Below the pieces are notes generated by a model. The model made no database searches, was not told the origin of the DNA, and worked only from the letters and a program-made list of their open reading frames with translations. The translations under genes and the position numbers were made by a program. 62,500 bases of DNA from positions 1-62,500 of the forward strand of contig NW_027367053.1 of assembly GCF_046119375.1 (NCBI RefSeq), written 5' to 3'. Position 1 is the stretch's first letter. Each line of letters begins with the position of its first letter. This stretch comes from Phyllobates terribilis (lineage: Eukaryota). This document shows, piece by piece, positions 24,224 to 37,783 of this stretch.

Positions 24224-27200
24224 AGGACTTATTAAGAATGAAGAGTGGAGTAGTAGAAACTACAATAAAAAACTAGGGAGTTAAGGATGTAATTAGTTTA
24301 GTTAAAAAACTATCTCACCCTTAAATAAGTGTTGACATTAAGAAATGCACCTTTAAGATTTTCATTGAACAACACAAGTGTTATTTCCTCTTCATTATGT
24401 TCTTAATAAATTAACATATCATAGTTGTTTTCACACTATCATATTGTATAACATATATGATCTAAGTTGAAGACTAAGAAACGAAAGATGTTGTCATTTA
24501 GTCAATCTGCGTTCTTAGTTTGTTAATTACCCATTTATGTTCCTGGCAACTAATTTGTGTTGTTGTTAAAATGGAATAAGTGTTGGAGTTGGGTTTGTTT
24601 TATAAACTTACTGTAGTTTGTCCATCACAGACCAGAATGATTATCCCACTTGACCCTTATAGTCTTATGATCATTTATATTCTTTTAAACACATCTCTAT
24701 GCTGGCGATCTCTCTCATTTTTTGTTGATTATCCCTCTAATTTCCTGAAAACTAAGTGTTGAGTTTGAGTTGGTTTTACAAGCTAACTGTAATTGTCCCT
24801 CATATACTTGAATATTTAACCCACGTGATTCATCTATATGCAGACTCTCCCTTTGAAGAGGGGACGTGATGACTTGGATGCGTCGAGCACTTTGCCGACT
24901 GCAACGGGTGTGTAAGTTTGTGTAATTGGCACGCGTTTAGAACCACCAACACGCCGTGCAAACTGACCTTTTGTTGTTTTCTTTTCTAGTGTGAATGTCG
25001 GAGTTGCGGAAGAGGATGTCGGGAATTTAACTCGCCAATTTGTGTAAGTGTAAAATGATTGAACCACCTTCCCTTACAATCAATATCCATTAATTTTTTG
25101 GGTGAGTTGATACAAGCTTAAATTCACATTGTGGTTGAAGAAGAAGATGCCAGTGACGGTGAACCAATGCAGGAGAAAAATTAAAGTGATGGTCGGGTCC
25201 TCTTCTACGGTTTCACTTGTCTTCCGTGCCCTTTGCGAGCTCATTGAAGGGTTGCTGAACTGCTACCCCTGTTGTTGTTTTTAAGCATATGGTCATGTTA
25301 TTTTCCAGTTGTCTTTAGTGTTCCCAAACTCTGCACTCTTATTTTGACTATTCCCTTATCCTCCAGTTTAATAATTTGAATATTAATGGTCTTGGGATGT
25401 TGTTTGTTTTTATTTCTGATAACAGCATAAAGACTACTACAGCCTTTTGTTTTATTTACATCTCTATTCCAATTGGATACTCCATGAATGTTTAATGTGG
25501 CCAGTTTAAGGTTACAATATTTTTGGTGCACTTTCTGACAACAGTTCGTATTATCCAATGTGGATTATATCATGGTGCTAGGTTAAAAAGTGAATAATAC
25601 GTTAATTATCCATCAATATTATGTTATATATATCAAATCCGATTATTTGATGCAATTATTAGTCCGGATGAACTACAATCGTGAAAGCAAAAGGAATCAA
25701 GGATGATCGACCGTGTAACAGACAATTGGCACGCACACATATTTCTAACAGCTTCACAACTTCACCAGTAATGCATTTGTTATAGTCTCTTAGTTATATG
25801 TTGCAACTGACATAAACTAACCAGCTGCATAATGATACTACACGACCAGGCAGAGAGTAGCCAGGAAAAAGAATATATGTTGAATAGAATGGATGTATAG
25901 GTCCTTTAAAAATAAGTAGTTGAATTTCGGATATATGATGCTAATATCTACTAATTCTATATTTTGTTCGATTTGCTGAACGATTTCATTTTCTACATAT
26001 ATTTAGACTTCTATTTACACATCCAACAAGTAAGTTTTTAAATAGTTGATACATGTTTGCAATATTTGATTTTTCTTAGCAGTTCAATGCTTAAGTTCGT
26101 TTTTTGGTGATTAAAATAACTTTTTAAAACCCTTAGAGATTGAGCCCAAGTACTGGCATTAGCATTAGATTTAAGTTTTTGAATGTAGGTGGGCAACAAT
26201 CATTCAATACTTGCATGGCCTAATGGGTTTGATTATTCATGTCCAATGAAGGGCTAATTTATTATGTGAAACAAAGGGTCTGTCATTTTAACTTCAACTT
26301 CCCAGACCTGTAGACATTCCACTGGCTTCTTAATTTTGAGAGTCAGTAAATACTTGCATTTAACAGCTATAGACTCTTCGAATTATTTCAGTTATGGCCT
26401 CTTCTTATTACTAATTATATATAAGGAATGTGTTTTCTAACCTTACCTTTTCTCCCTTGATCATTTTGTTTATTTTTCTCATAGTAAAACAAGATGGAGT
26501 CCCTTAGCTACGAAAGCCAGAGCCAACTTTCTTGGGACAACCCTTGGTTTACTCAACAGAATGTCGTTGTGATGGTTTGTCTATGTTGGCATGTAACTGA
26601 TTCCTTCGAGAGGCTGCTGGGATGAGATTACATACTTTCTGATAGTGAAGGATATCTGATCCAAGTTGTAGTACATTGTGCTCACCCGACCTGTTTACCA
26701 TGCACTCTTGAGGAGGGGAAAGTGTATTCCATAATAGACTTTAGCTTTGTGCCAAACACAAGCCTTTTTTATTTCCAGAGGGGAGCAACTTCTTGTGTCA
26801 AACTTCACTACAACACCAAGGCTAGACAAGTCTCTTGCTCCCTTGAAGGCTTTGTTCGGTATCCTATTCAGTTGGTCGACCTCGAAGAGATTGTGAATGA
26901 TTCATCAAGCTTCCTCATTAGTATAAACTCATTTTCACCCTATGTAAATTCGTGCATTTTTCCATGCTTTAATTTGGAGTATTGTGCAGATGTTAGTGGA
27001 TTGGTGATACAAGTTGGAGTCTCGAGGACACTAAACAATGGCAATTTCATTTTGAACTGCACATCATCAACCAAAGGTGGGGGGGAATCCATGTCTAATC
27101 GATTATGGCATTGACAGAATTTAATTTCAGTTGATCCCTTTGTGTAGGGGGATTGTCATGAGGTTGGTGCTATGGAATGATGTTGCAAGTTCCATGCTGG

Positions 27201-27922
27201 ACTATGAAGAGTAGAAACATCCAATGAATATATGTGTTTTTGCATGCATGGATGTTAGGGGATTCAACGGTAGGCTAATTTTACCCAGAAAATTACAGTA
27301 TTGCACTTCTGTTTTTTGCTTTTCTGTTTTTTGGTTTTCCAGTGATTAGGCAATTAGCTTTGTACTTTCATTTTCCACCAGTTGTAGGCATATAAACATG
27401 AAACACTACTCTATCATGTATAAGGTATAATCAAAATAGTTAGCAAAGACGATTTGGAATTTCACATACCCAACAAAGTATTTGTTAGCTAGAAAACACA
27501 AATCATCTTTGTGTTTGATGACATGAATTCAGAAATTTACAAAGACCATAACTTTTTCCCTGCAGGCAACATCTTAATAGGTGAAATCTACCTTTCAAGC
27601 ACATCGGCAACCGCCATCTATGATGCTGCTCAGTTCCCAACTGGACATAGGAAATTTGAAACCTACATCAGCTACTGATTCATACACACCATTTGAACAA
27701 TCAATTTGTTATAGTTATATCATATATGTTATATTTCAAACAATTATGAACAGCAATGGGCCTCCAACATTTACAACCTCTTTGACACTGGCATCGGAAG
27801 CAACGGACCATTCCCTAACACAACTTCTCTACATTGGTCGTGCTAACGCAATTAGCTGGGATACAAGTGAGCAAGATGGGACAATTAGATACTAATTTTA
27901 TGCCTTTATTACCGCTAATATC

Positions 27923-28778
27923 TGTTAAGATATTATAGTTATATTAGATAAAATATTAGGCAAGATATTATTTACTTTTCCATCTAGAGGATATTCTTGT
28001 TACCATATCTTCAGGTAGAATATCTTTACCTTATATATCTTGTAATCTCTATATAGAGGGAAAGATCTTCTACCACCACTACCGCCCACTGTTTCCATCT
28101 TTCTACTGCATTTTGTTCTCCGTAATACCTATATTACACGGGCCTTTGCCCGCATACATACAATACATAGGACTTTTGCTTGCATACCTACCATACATAG
28201 GATTTCGCCCACATACCTACCCTACATAGGGCTTTTGCCCGCATATCTAGCGGTCTTGTCCGTCTTAACAAAACGACTATCTAGCGATCTCGCTTGTCTC
28301 AACAAAACAACTACCTAGCGGTCTCGTCCGTCTCAACAAAACGACATACTTAGTATTCTCTTCCGTCTCAACAAAATGACATAATTAGCAGTCTCGTCCG
28401 TCTCAACAAAACGACATACTTAGCGATCTTGTCCGACTTCAATAAAACGACTACAACCTACGGAGATCGGTCCATCACGACTTCAAATAGATTTAGATAT
28501 TTTTATGATTATTTACTATATATATTTTAGTCATATTTAATATTCTATTGTCCAAGTTGGGCATTATTAACATCATGCTCCAACTTGAGGGGGAGTGTTA
28601 AGATATTATAGTTATCTTAGATAAAATATTAGGCAAGATATTATTTACTTTCCCCTCTAGAGGATATTCTTGTTACCATATCTTCATGTAGAAGATATTT
28701 ACCTTATATATCCTGTAATCTCTATATAAAGGCCTTCGCCTCCTAATCAATAAAAGGAATCATATTTTCCCATAAACA
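27923..28778 (+). mobile_element. Internally deleted copia derivative (TRIM-sized) in an intron of RPA-like gene 2
   Basis: The LTR start TGTTAAGATATTATAG occurs at 27923 (truncated after about 120 bp) and at about 28597. The PPT TTGAGGGGGAG is preceded by a remnant of the copia RNase H terminus (SKLG..NI.APT*). ATATC flanks both sides (27918-27922; 28778-28782, overlapping the terminal A). Confidence 0.8.
28140..28458. repeat. Two adjacent minisatellites: about 4 x 29 bp and about 6 x 34 bp
   Basis: Units like GGGCTTTTGCCCGCATACCTACCATACATA and GGTCTCGTCCGTCTCAACAAAACGACATACTTAGC. Confidence 0.9.
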
Positions 28779-31009
28779 TATCTCTCTAATTTATCAATGT
28801 CTAACTACATGTTGAATGGAATATGATTCGCTTACCCTGAATTGTAAAGTGAGAGTAGTTCAAGTGAGGACGGACACGAAGTGGTTTTCTTTGACACGCC
28901 CCATCCGGAAATGCCAAAAGGGTGTGGACAAAGTCGGAGTACTTATTGGTGTGGGTCTTGCGAGGTCTTATTCCCATATGCAATTCCCAGGTTTGAATAT
29001 GGAAAATTCAAATTAACATGCAAATCTTTAAACTATACTTGGTTGGATTTTTTTAAAACATGCATTGAACCACAGTTATAGGATCAACCTTGATGTGACG
29101 TAAAAAATCAGCACCGTCACAGTAACGTTTATAGATTTGGTGGGAGAAAATCTAATGAATATTAGTGGTCCGGCTCTGGTTGCGCGGTTGGGGGTATGCT
29201 CCTTCTACTACTATACGACATTTTTCAGTTTAAAACAATTTCCATTCATGAATTGGTGTAACCTTTTGTTTTGTTTTGTTGTGCAGGAGGATATCGACCC
29301 TTACGTGCCCCCAAACGCGATTTTGGCTCTCTGTAACATGTCTTATGTTCTTGATCTAAAGACCCGCACATACATGGACTATCGTACTCATGAGAGTTTT
29401 ACTTGTAGTGCCATCATCCCACAACAAGGCACGGTGGAGGTAAGTGTATCCACAACTTTTGCTCCATGAATATTACAACACTGGATTATTAAAAATATTA
29501 TGAATGCAGCTTGGAATTATCACACCCACATGCTTGTAGCTCAACAATGGAGGCACACCAGGTAAACAAACAACTCCTAAGTTATTAGTGAATACATGCG
29601 TGGAATCAAAATGTGTTTGAATTTGTGCATAAACACTTATTCTTATTTTTTGGTTGCAGCCTAATAGAAGAAATGGAAAAACTACATGCACCCTACGGTT
29701 AAAGGATTGACATGTGCAGCAAACAAATGATAGCCGACTCTATGTTTTTTTATGCAATAAGATTAAAGTCGTGTGCCCGTTTCCCCCCTCGCACTAGGCT
29801 CATGCAATTCTTACCTCTTTTTACCCCTATCCTTACAGATTGGGTTCTCTCAACAAACTTATTTTCCCACATGGTTTATCTATGCGATGATAATATAAGT
29901 ATTCTTATACATTGCTATACATTTGTCGTGATTGAATAATGCTATGATGCCCATGTATGATGACATTCACATTGTCTTCTACTACATCACGATTCAAACA
30001 CGTTACACCTATTCACATATAAGATATACGTGCCAAAAGTATACCGAATTATTTTTCTAAACAAGCTGCAAGAAAATGCAGCTTAAAATGGCCATAATCA
30101 CAATAACATATCTGATTCAATACAGCTTAGAATAACCATGATCACAATAAGCCTGGTATGCAACACAAACAATAATGTCAGATGAAAGACGTTATACAAG
30201 CACTAAAACCTCCAAAAGTGATATGAAAATCAAAATACAAGGATAAGAAAGATAACTAAAAATCTCTGATTTTCACGTGATTAACAGTGGAAAGGGCACT
30301 TCAATGGTTTGGCAATCTTCTTCCAATCGCCCTTGATGTCCTAAAGAACACATGCCTTACATTCGGTGCAGTTGAAGCTGTTAGAATCGAATTTTAGGAG
30401 TCCCAGATATTAGAGTCCCTAAGGCATTGCAAATTTATGGCACCACCAGGAATATTGTCCCCAAATTTTTTGTCTATAGGCTTGAGTTCTCCTGTTAAGT
30501 GCTCTATGGTGATAGTTGACCTTCCAAGACACAGTCTACAGGTACAGACTGTTTAATTTTCATTTATTTAGGCATTAATTTTCTTATATATTTAAATATA
30601 TTTTAAGTACACCGTATGAAATAAGGAGATTGTATAAACTACATAGCCCGTGCATGGCACGGGCGACGAAGTACTAGTTATCATTAAAGTTGAGGAGACG
30701 AGTGATAGGAAGTGAGTTGCCTAGTTCCTATAACCCAATAATAACCTTCAGTGACCATTTATTGGACTTATACTTGTTAAATTAAGTTTCCAGTATAAAT
30801 GGATCTCTCTTATTATAACATGCATTAAATCCTTTTAATTTTAGGCGTCTTATGACAACGAGACATGCATTAAATCCTCTTCATTTTAGGTGTTAGATAA
30901 CAATGAGTTGGACACAACTTTTATAGAACTTTTTATTCTACGTCTGATGATCCTATTGCTCATTTCATGTTTGTTCTGGCCATGGAATATCTTGCATGTA
31001 AGCTACATA

Positions 31010-31800
31010 TTAAATCTTGTAAACTAATCGCCAAGCGGGAATCAACTTAACTGTAATGGTATTTGTTTGCTTTTTATGAGTTTTGCGGATGACACTATCA
31101 TTTTTAACAATACTGTGCAATGAAATGTCACATATATTCACTGTGTTCTTCATGAATTTACTCGCCTCTATGGACTCTCCATTAATTATCATAAGAGTAT
31201 ATTTTAATCTTTGATATTTCACACGACCAACAAGCTCACTAATTAGCATTTTTTATGAAAATTAAGTCTCAAATTCTACTGAAAATACTAGGGGATTTCA
31301 CTTGTGCAGACAGAGTTAAAAAAAGAATGTTTTGACTTTTCCATAAAAGCTTCGTAAGCAACTCTCGGCTTGGAAAGCTAATTCTCCTACCAAATCAGGA
31401 CGCACCATACTAATCGAGTCTAATTTAATGCAGAACTTTTTTCTTGTTGTTGGAGTATGGATTAAATCAACCAAAATTTCATTTGAAATAAATCACATTC
31501 ATCCACTCCCACTCTTATGTCCCGGGATCAAATCTATATAAGTATAATGGGATATGAGCCTCCATAAATCCTAGCATATCAATATCTAGATGCAAATGAA
31601 ACTCTTGTGAAATCTTATTTGAGACAAGGATAATTAATATTAGGGCCAGATTAATCATCAAAAAGTATCCTGTCTAAAACATATTATCTTTCAACACGAC
31701 CAAAACAATCATGATAACTTTTCCATTTATTACGTATCTAAGGTTTATTTCGCCAGGGGATTGTTGGAAACGAAGACGTAATTAAATTTCTGACTTGATA
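31010..31800 (-). pseudogene. Highly degenerate L1 ORF1 relic (DUF4283 / zinc-knuckle region)
   Basis: Minus-strand fragments VGVDECDLFQMKFWLI and RVKYQRL resemble the FWVQI and KYERL motifs of plant L1 ORF1, in the right order and spacing. There are many stops, and the boundaries are approximate. Confidence 0.35.
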
Positions 31801-33364
31801 TTTGCATTCTTGATGTACAACTCCTATCCTATTTGAGTCACTCTAATGGTGATATTAGTACCCGAGTGTCCAACTTTATCACGCCATCTCATCAGCGGGA
31901 TTCCAAAATGGACCTCCCCTCTTACCAATCTCAATTATACAACACATTGTCAAAATCTACACTCCTTCATCTGATTGTCCCGGCCAATTAATTTCCTCTT
32001 CCGGGGACTTCTTGACTAAAGCTACTATGCCTTTAATTATTGGGGAGAACCATATTTCTCATAATACCCTTCTTCAGAGATTTTGAAAACTTAATCTCCC
32101 TCTCAAGATCTTAGATTTTCTTTGGTAAACAATCGCTAATTGCTTACCCACGAGTGAGCTTCTTAATCGTCATTGTTGTCGTGTTCTGAATCATTGTACT
32201 CCTTGCGGGGCTCTCCTTCAAACTACTTCATACATATGCTTCGCCTATACAGTTACGATGCACATTATTTCTACCTTTCAAAATAATATTGGACGCACTT
32301 TCTCTTCGAAACAATGGTGCTTTTTAGCGTATTTCTAATTCTTCATCACGAATAATTCCAACCTTAAACCTCTTTTGTTTTTAGTGGATGAACTTATGGA
32401 ACATTTGAAATCAACTTATTTTTCATAACTCTGCAACCGCAACTGCTCCGATATTGCTTTTTGCACTTCAAAGGAGAAAATCATCCAAATTACACCCCAC
32501 TATCAAAGGAATGAAACCTCGTAATCCCAAAGTGTAAGACAAGAGTGTAGGTCAAACCGCCGATTGGGTGGCAAATATCAACTTCTTATGCATCCATGCG
32601 GGTTGATGGCTCCACTTATATTGGTTTTATTATACGCGACTCGAATGAAAAAAATTATTTTCTCTCTCGAATAAGTGTATCATGACTGTTCGATTTTACA
32701 AGTTGAAGTTGTTGCAACTCTATGTTGTTATCCAAGCTGCTTTACACCTCCAACTTCTACAAGTCGTCATTGTAGGCGATAAGTTAATTCTTATAAACGC
32801 TATTAAACGTACATGCATGTCTTTTGGACAATTGCAACTCAGTTCAATGACATTCGTAATCTTCTTTATCACCACTAATGCTAATGTTTTTCACTGTTTC
32901 AAAAAATAATACAACCACAGACTTCCTTACAAGATCAGATGCATTAGCGACATATTATCAACCATTCATGCATACTTTATTTATACCTTTGTGTTGTAAG
33001 GGCGACCAAGGAAGGCTTCCAATAACACAAATACTCTAACTGTTCTGTGCTTTCTGAATTACTACATACTATAATGTTCTTCACATTGATTTTGACACAT
33101 CTGTCAATGCACGTTTTGTAACGTTTACAACCTTTATTATATATTATTAAAAATTATAAAATTGTGATGTTATTATTAACCATTAACCATGTATCAAAAA
33201 AAATGTGCAACGTTCGCTCCACTTACCCGAAAGCAATGGTCCATTATACTGCACTATGCAGGTATGCAGCACTAACACAATTGAATAGATCAGCCTACTT
33301 GCTCGACATTTTTACTTCACGACATTACATCGCATGAAACCGAATATATCACATAAATCCTCGT

Positions 33365-33461
33365 AGATATTTTAAGCGTCCACGTGACAAAATGCTAGCC
33401 TCCCAAGTGGCTATTATACCACTTGGCCCAGCAAAGAAGTCCATATGCAGTCAGATATTTT
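33365..33461. promoter_or_regulatory. Two evening elements and a G-box in the RVE6 proximal promoter
   Basis: AGATATTTT (reverse complement of AAAATATCT) at 33365-33373 and 33453-33461; CACGTG at 33381-33386. Confidence 0.7.
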
Positions 33462-33630
33462 TCCGGCGCCACGCGTTGATTTTCTATTGGCTCACATCTA
33501 CAACTAGTCAGCCACTACTCACTTATGACTTATCTCACCAGGCAAGCGAGATCGAAAAGGAAGAAGACACCTCACGTTCCCTCCCAGTTTTTCCCCAAAC
33601 AGAAAGCCCCAAACCCTAAAACTCTCTTTC

Positions 33631-36600
33631 ATGGTGTCCATGAATCCGAGCTCACCAGAAGGTTTCTACCTAGACGCAGACGGAATGCCGCTCCCGGGAC
33701 TCAATCCCTTTGCAACATCGCCTTCTTCATCGGCGACGCCCACCAACGCCGCCGCTAACGCAGCTCAAGTGTCATCGGCGGCTTCCGATGATGCGAGTAA
33801 GAAGATTAGGAAACCCTATACCATTACCAAGTCCAGGGAGAGCTGGACTGAGCCTGAGCATGATAAGTTCCTCGAAGCACTCCAGCTGTGAGTTCGCACC
33901 CACCTCTTTTATTTTAAATGTTTTTTCGCTTATTGGATTGCAATTCGATGTTTTTGAATGTCTAGGATAGTTTATAAGTGGTCGTTTGAGGGCTGAAAGT
34001 TCTTGTTTGGGTTGATTCGTTATTACACAGCTCCATTATGGTTAAATGCGCTTGTCCTCGTTTCAATTTGGAAATTGGTGTTGACTATTTGAGGAATTGA
34101 GCCTTTTGGTGTCTTCTAGCTGGGAGTTTGTCGCCCGGCAACTGGTAATAAATATTAAACTAGTTCCCTGCTTCGTGTAAGTGATAGACAGTATTCTTTT
34201 GATTGAAGTGGTACTAATTGGGCAAACTAAAAAGGATGAATTGGTACTTTTGATTGAGTTGATTGCAAACATATCTACTATTTGGTTCTACTCTTTTAAT
34301 TGAATTGGTACTATTCTTGACTTGAAAGGTATAACGGGTCGAAGTATGTTGTATACGATATAAGTAAGAATGTTCGATTGTTTGAGAAGCCTGGACGTAT
34401 AATTTTGATGCAACACACTTGTTTTTTTGTTAAGACTTAATTGGGACAGTATTGAGACATGGACATAGGGAGGATATACTAATAGTCTAATAGTGTTTGT
34501 ACTATTGGACTATGATAAGTCTTCACAGAATTGTATGTCTTATTACTTTACATTATAGTCTCGAGAAGTAAATTACAAACACATTTTCCATCAAAATATC
34601 GTAAACATATAGTCATATACTGATGTTATACTCTTTTGTATAGGTTTGACCGTGATTGGAAAAAGATTGAAGCTTTTGTTGGATCAAAAACTGTAATTCA
34701 GGTAGTCAATGCTATATGTAAATCCTTTCTTTTTTCTCGTCCAAAATCTTCATATATAGAGTAGATCATCAGCTTATTGTTGTCTGCTTTTAACTTTATG
34801 TGTAAAATTCTTGTATGAGCCTTCTGTTATTGCAACTTGACTTGATAATCTTGCTCATATTTCATTGCACCATTTTTCTAGAAACTTAAGGTTTGTCATA
34901 TGTCACTACTTCCATTTAACTTTTACCAACTCTCTGCTTATATATATGTTGTACTTTTTCTTATAACTAAATCGCCCTTTCACTCTATTCCTGGTTCAAA
35001 CCATTGCTATGATGATAACACTCTTACGTAATTTTTATATAATCATAATAGGAACACTCTTTAAGTGTATAAGCAAAAAATATAACTAAGAATGGCTTTT
35101 GCAGATACGTAGTCATGCACAGAAGTATTTTTTGAAGGTTCAAAAGAGTGGAAGTAACGAACATCTACCTCCTCCCCGTCCAAAGAGGAAAGCTGCACAT
35201 CCTTACCCACAAAAAGCACCCAAAAATGGTGAGTTTTTTTTTACTTGTTGAATATTCTCAAGGCAAACTCCCAATCAGAGGTGACCTTTTTATCTTCTTT
35301 GCTTTCTGGTAATCTCACACTTAATATTCGCAGATACGTCAGCACCAGTAAGAAACACAAATAGTGGTGCACCTGTGTCATCATGGACTGGTCACTCTGC
35401 ACAACCTGCTGGGGTAACACAACCCAGAAAAGGTTTTACAGACACCCTACTATTCTTGCGGAATTACTAGTATGAATGCAGTTGTGCACATCTAGTTTTT
35501 CTTTACCATTTCAGTAAGGTCTTAACTATATCTTCCCTAAACTGTCAGGTGATATGAGATCTGCGATACCTCAAGCTGTGAACAACTGCTCAAGTAGTGC
35601 AGAGAGTACACCGAAGGTACAGGCAGTGAGTGATAAGAATGAACCAATGAATCATGGTCCTACATTGAGAGGTGAGCATAAGAATATGATTTGTCTTATT
35701 TTTATGGTCGAAGTGTGTTTATTTGCTGTTGCGCTATTAATTATCACATGGGTGCAATTGTTCCTTGATGGAAGTTCTATGGATTTTTGAAGTCTTTCAT
35801 TCTTCAGTTAAAATTATTTACCAAGTGTAGAGAAAAGCAACTAAATGACCAGAAAGACCTGGAAAACTAGACTGGAAATACAAGAAAAGAAGAAAAGTGG
35901 AGTGATATTTATGTAGAATGTGCCGATACTATCTTTATGTGGTCCCACGAGCTTAGTACATAATGTCCTTTTGCTAGTATTACAGCCTGTCGATCAGGTT
36001 GTTTTTAATATGTATTCAGTCAGCTCATCGTTGCCCTCTTAAGAATCAAATTATATATATGTATGAACCTTTCTAAGTTTTTATCTTTTGTCAAAGATTA
36101 TATGCATGGACAAATAATGAAGTCATTGGGTACACGTATTCTCATCTTGTCTGCTTATCTAACATAGAGTGGTGCCTGTTTTAGGTTATTTAAATCTTGT
36201 ACAAAATGATGGTGAATAAAGACTACCTGTTAATGGTTTCATTTATGCATGTGTGATGTAGTTAGTTTATCCTGATTGACAATAACTTATAACTGATGAT
36301 GCTGACATGAGTCGATAGAATAGGTTGATCTCCATTATGGAGCTTATGTTTTGCTGACAACTTATTCGGATGAAGCATCAATATTGTGCTATATCTCTGT
36401 GCTGTTGCACTCCAATTCTTTTCATTCGTACACTGTTTATACTCTTCTCATAATGGGCTACTAATCTGTTGATTCAGTTCTACCTGATTTTGCGCAAGTT
36501 TACAGCTACATTGGAAGTGTGTTTGATCCCGATTCTACTGATCATCTACCGAGACTTAGGAAGATGGATCCAATTGATGTGGAAACAGTATGTTCCTTCC

Positions 36601-37783
36601 TGCTCATTTGCTTACATGTTTGATACTGGATACTATCTGCTGCATTTTTAAGTTTGAATTACAAACACAAGGGATTATTTAGTGCCTTTTTTGAAAAAAA
36701 ATTTGCAAGGTCAATGAGTATTTGCAAGTAAAAAGGACGGCAATTTGTGAACTTTGCACTAGCATTAACTTGTGACCTTGGATTAGTTTGATCAGATCAG
36801 GGGCAACTGAGAAAATCAGTAATTTTACACATATCTGTTTCAGGGATTTTAAGAAATAAAAACTCTGGTGATAAAAAACTTTTAAGGAGCTGCTTAATCT
36901 AATTTTGCTAGGGCCAACTAGAGTAACACTTTGAATTCATCTCTGGTTGAAATCTGGTCGTGTCATTGTCTCTAATTGAAATTGTATTTTGGCTAACTTT
37001 TCTCATTGTCTCTCGGGATTGTCATCACATTCTGTTAGTAAAAACTTACCGCCTTACACTTATACGTCTTTTTGCTTTATCTCATGGAAATGGATTTTGG
37101 TTGCAGGTGTTACTCTTGATGAGAAACCTCTCAATCAATTTGGCTAATCCTGATTTTGAGGAACATGTAAGCTACACTTTATTATGCTTTTCCTTAGAGA
37201 TGGTTTTATAATTCCTCATCATGCATTATTTTTTTGTAGAAGAAACTAAAGTGAGTTCATGTTGCATCTTTACTTATATTTTCTACATGCACCATAATTT
37301 TTTCCCTTTTAATTAATGTACTTTCTTTTTTTAAGTATTCTGCTCATTTTCTCCCATGAAATACATGCCTGAAGCACAGACCACACGTCTACATATTTTC
37401 TGTAGGCAAATACGCTTTACTCAGAGATGGTTTTATCATTCCTCAGCATGCAGTAATTTTTTGTAGTAGACATGCACCATACATTTTTCCCTTTCTAATT
37501 ATCTATACTTTCTTTTTAAAAGTATTCTGCTCATTTTCTGCCATGAAAAACATGCCTGAAGCAAGGACCGCACATTATTTTCTGTAGCAAATATGCACTA
37601 TAGTTGTTTAACTTATCCGGCTTCAAACTTCCATTAATCTACCATTCCCTCAAGGGGAAGTTGAAGGTATCATCTTTTTACTTGTCTTGTTTATGAATGC
37701 AGAGGAAGCTGCTGTCTTCCTATGATATTGACTCTGACAAGAGCAGACCGGTAGCTGCAAATGACACCTCAGGTGGTGGTTGA
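33631..37783 (+). CDS. RVE6: REVEILLE/LCL single-MYB clock transcription factor, RVE6-like; exons 33631-33887, 34644-34701, 35105-35228, 35334-35432, 35549-35671, 36478-36587, 37107-37166, 37703-37783
   Basis: [63 protein letters not shown] plus the LCL domain ([36 protein letters not shown]). All introns are GT-AG and the frame stays open. There is a probable 3'-UTR intron at 37813-37897. Confidence 0.92.
37185..37580. repeat. Imperfect tandem duplication (about 200 bp) in RVE6 intron 7
   Basis: AGAGATGGTTTTAT..CATGCACCATA..AAGTATTCTGCTCATTTTCT..CATGCCTGAAGCA occurs twice. Confidence 0.8.

Larger units (their letters stand above)
26494..29440 (+). pseudogene. Helitron RPA70-like gene 2, multi-exon, more decayed
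   Basis: Same exon order as gene 1 (LEEGKVYSIIDF, DVSGLV, RLVLWND, YLSSTSAT, CKVRVVQVRTDTKWF, YRINLDV, YMDYRTHESFT). It has several in-frame stops, and the zinc-finger cysteines are partly lost. Confidence 0.75.
20698..30677 (+). mobile_element. Non-autonomous Helitron carrying two RPA70-like genes; 5' end uncertain
   Basis: The 3' end is canonical: hairpin GCCCGTGC-ATG-GCACGGGC (30646-30664), CTAG (30674-30677), then T. RPA70-like genes are established Helitron cargo in plants. The candidate 5' TC at 20698 is preceded by G, not A. No Rep/helicase ORF was seen. Confidence 0.7.

Noticed and set aside
24834-25560. Short minus-strand ORFs between the RPA-like genes as Rep/helicase remnants
   Set aside because: No HUH or helicase motifs were recognisable; left unannotated pending a homology search.
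28252-28458. Regular 34-bp repeats as a CRISPR-like array
   Set aside because: The units are contiguous with no unique spacers, there are no cas genes, and the context is a plant retroelement.
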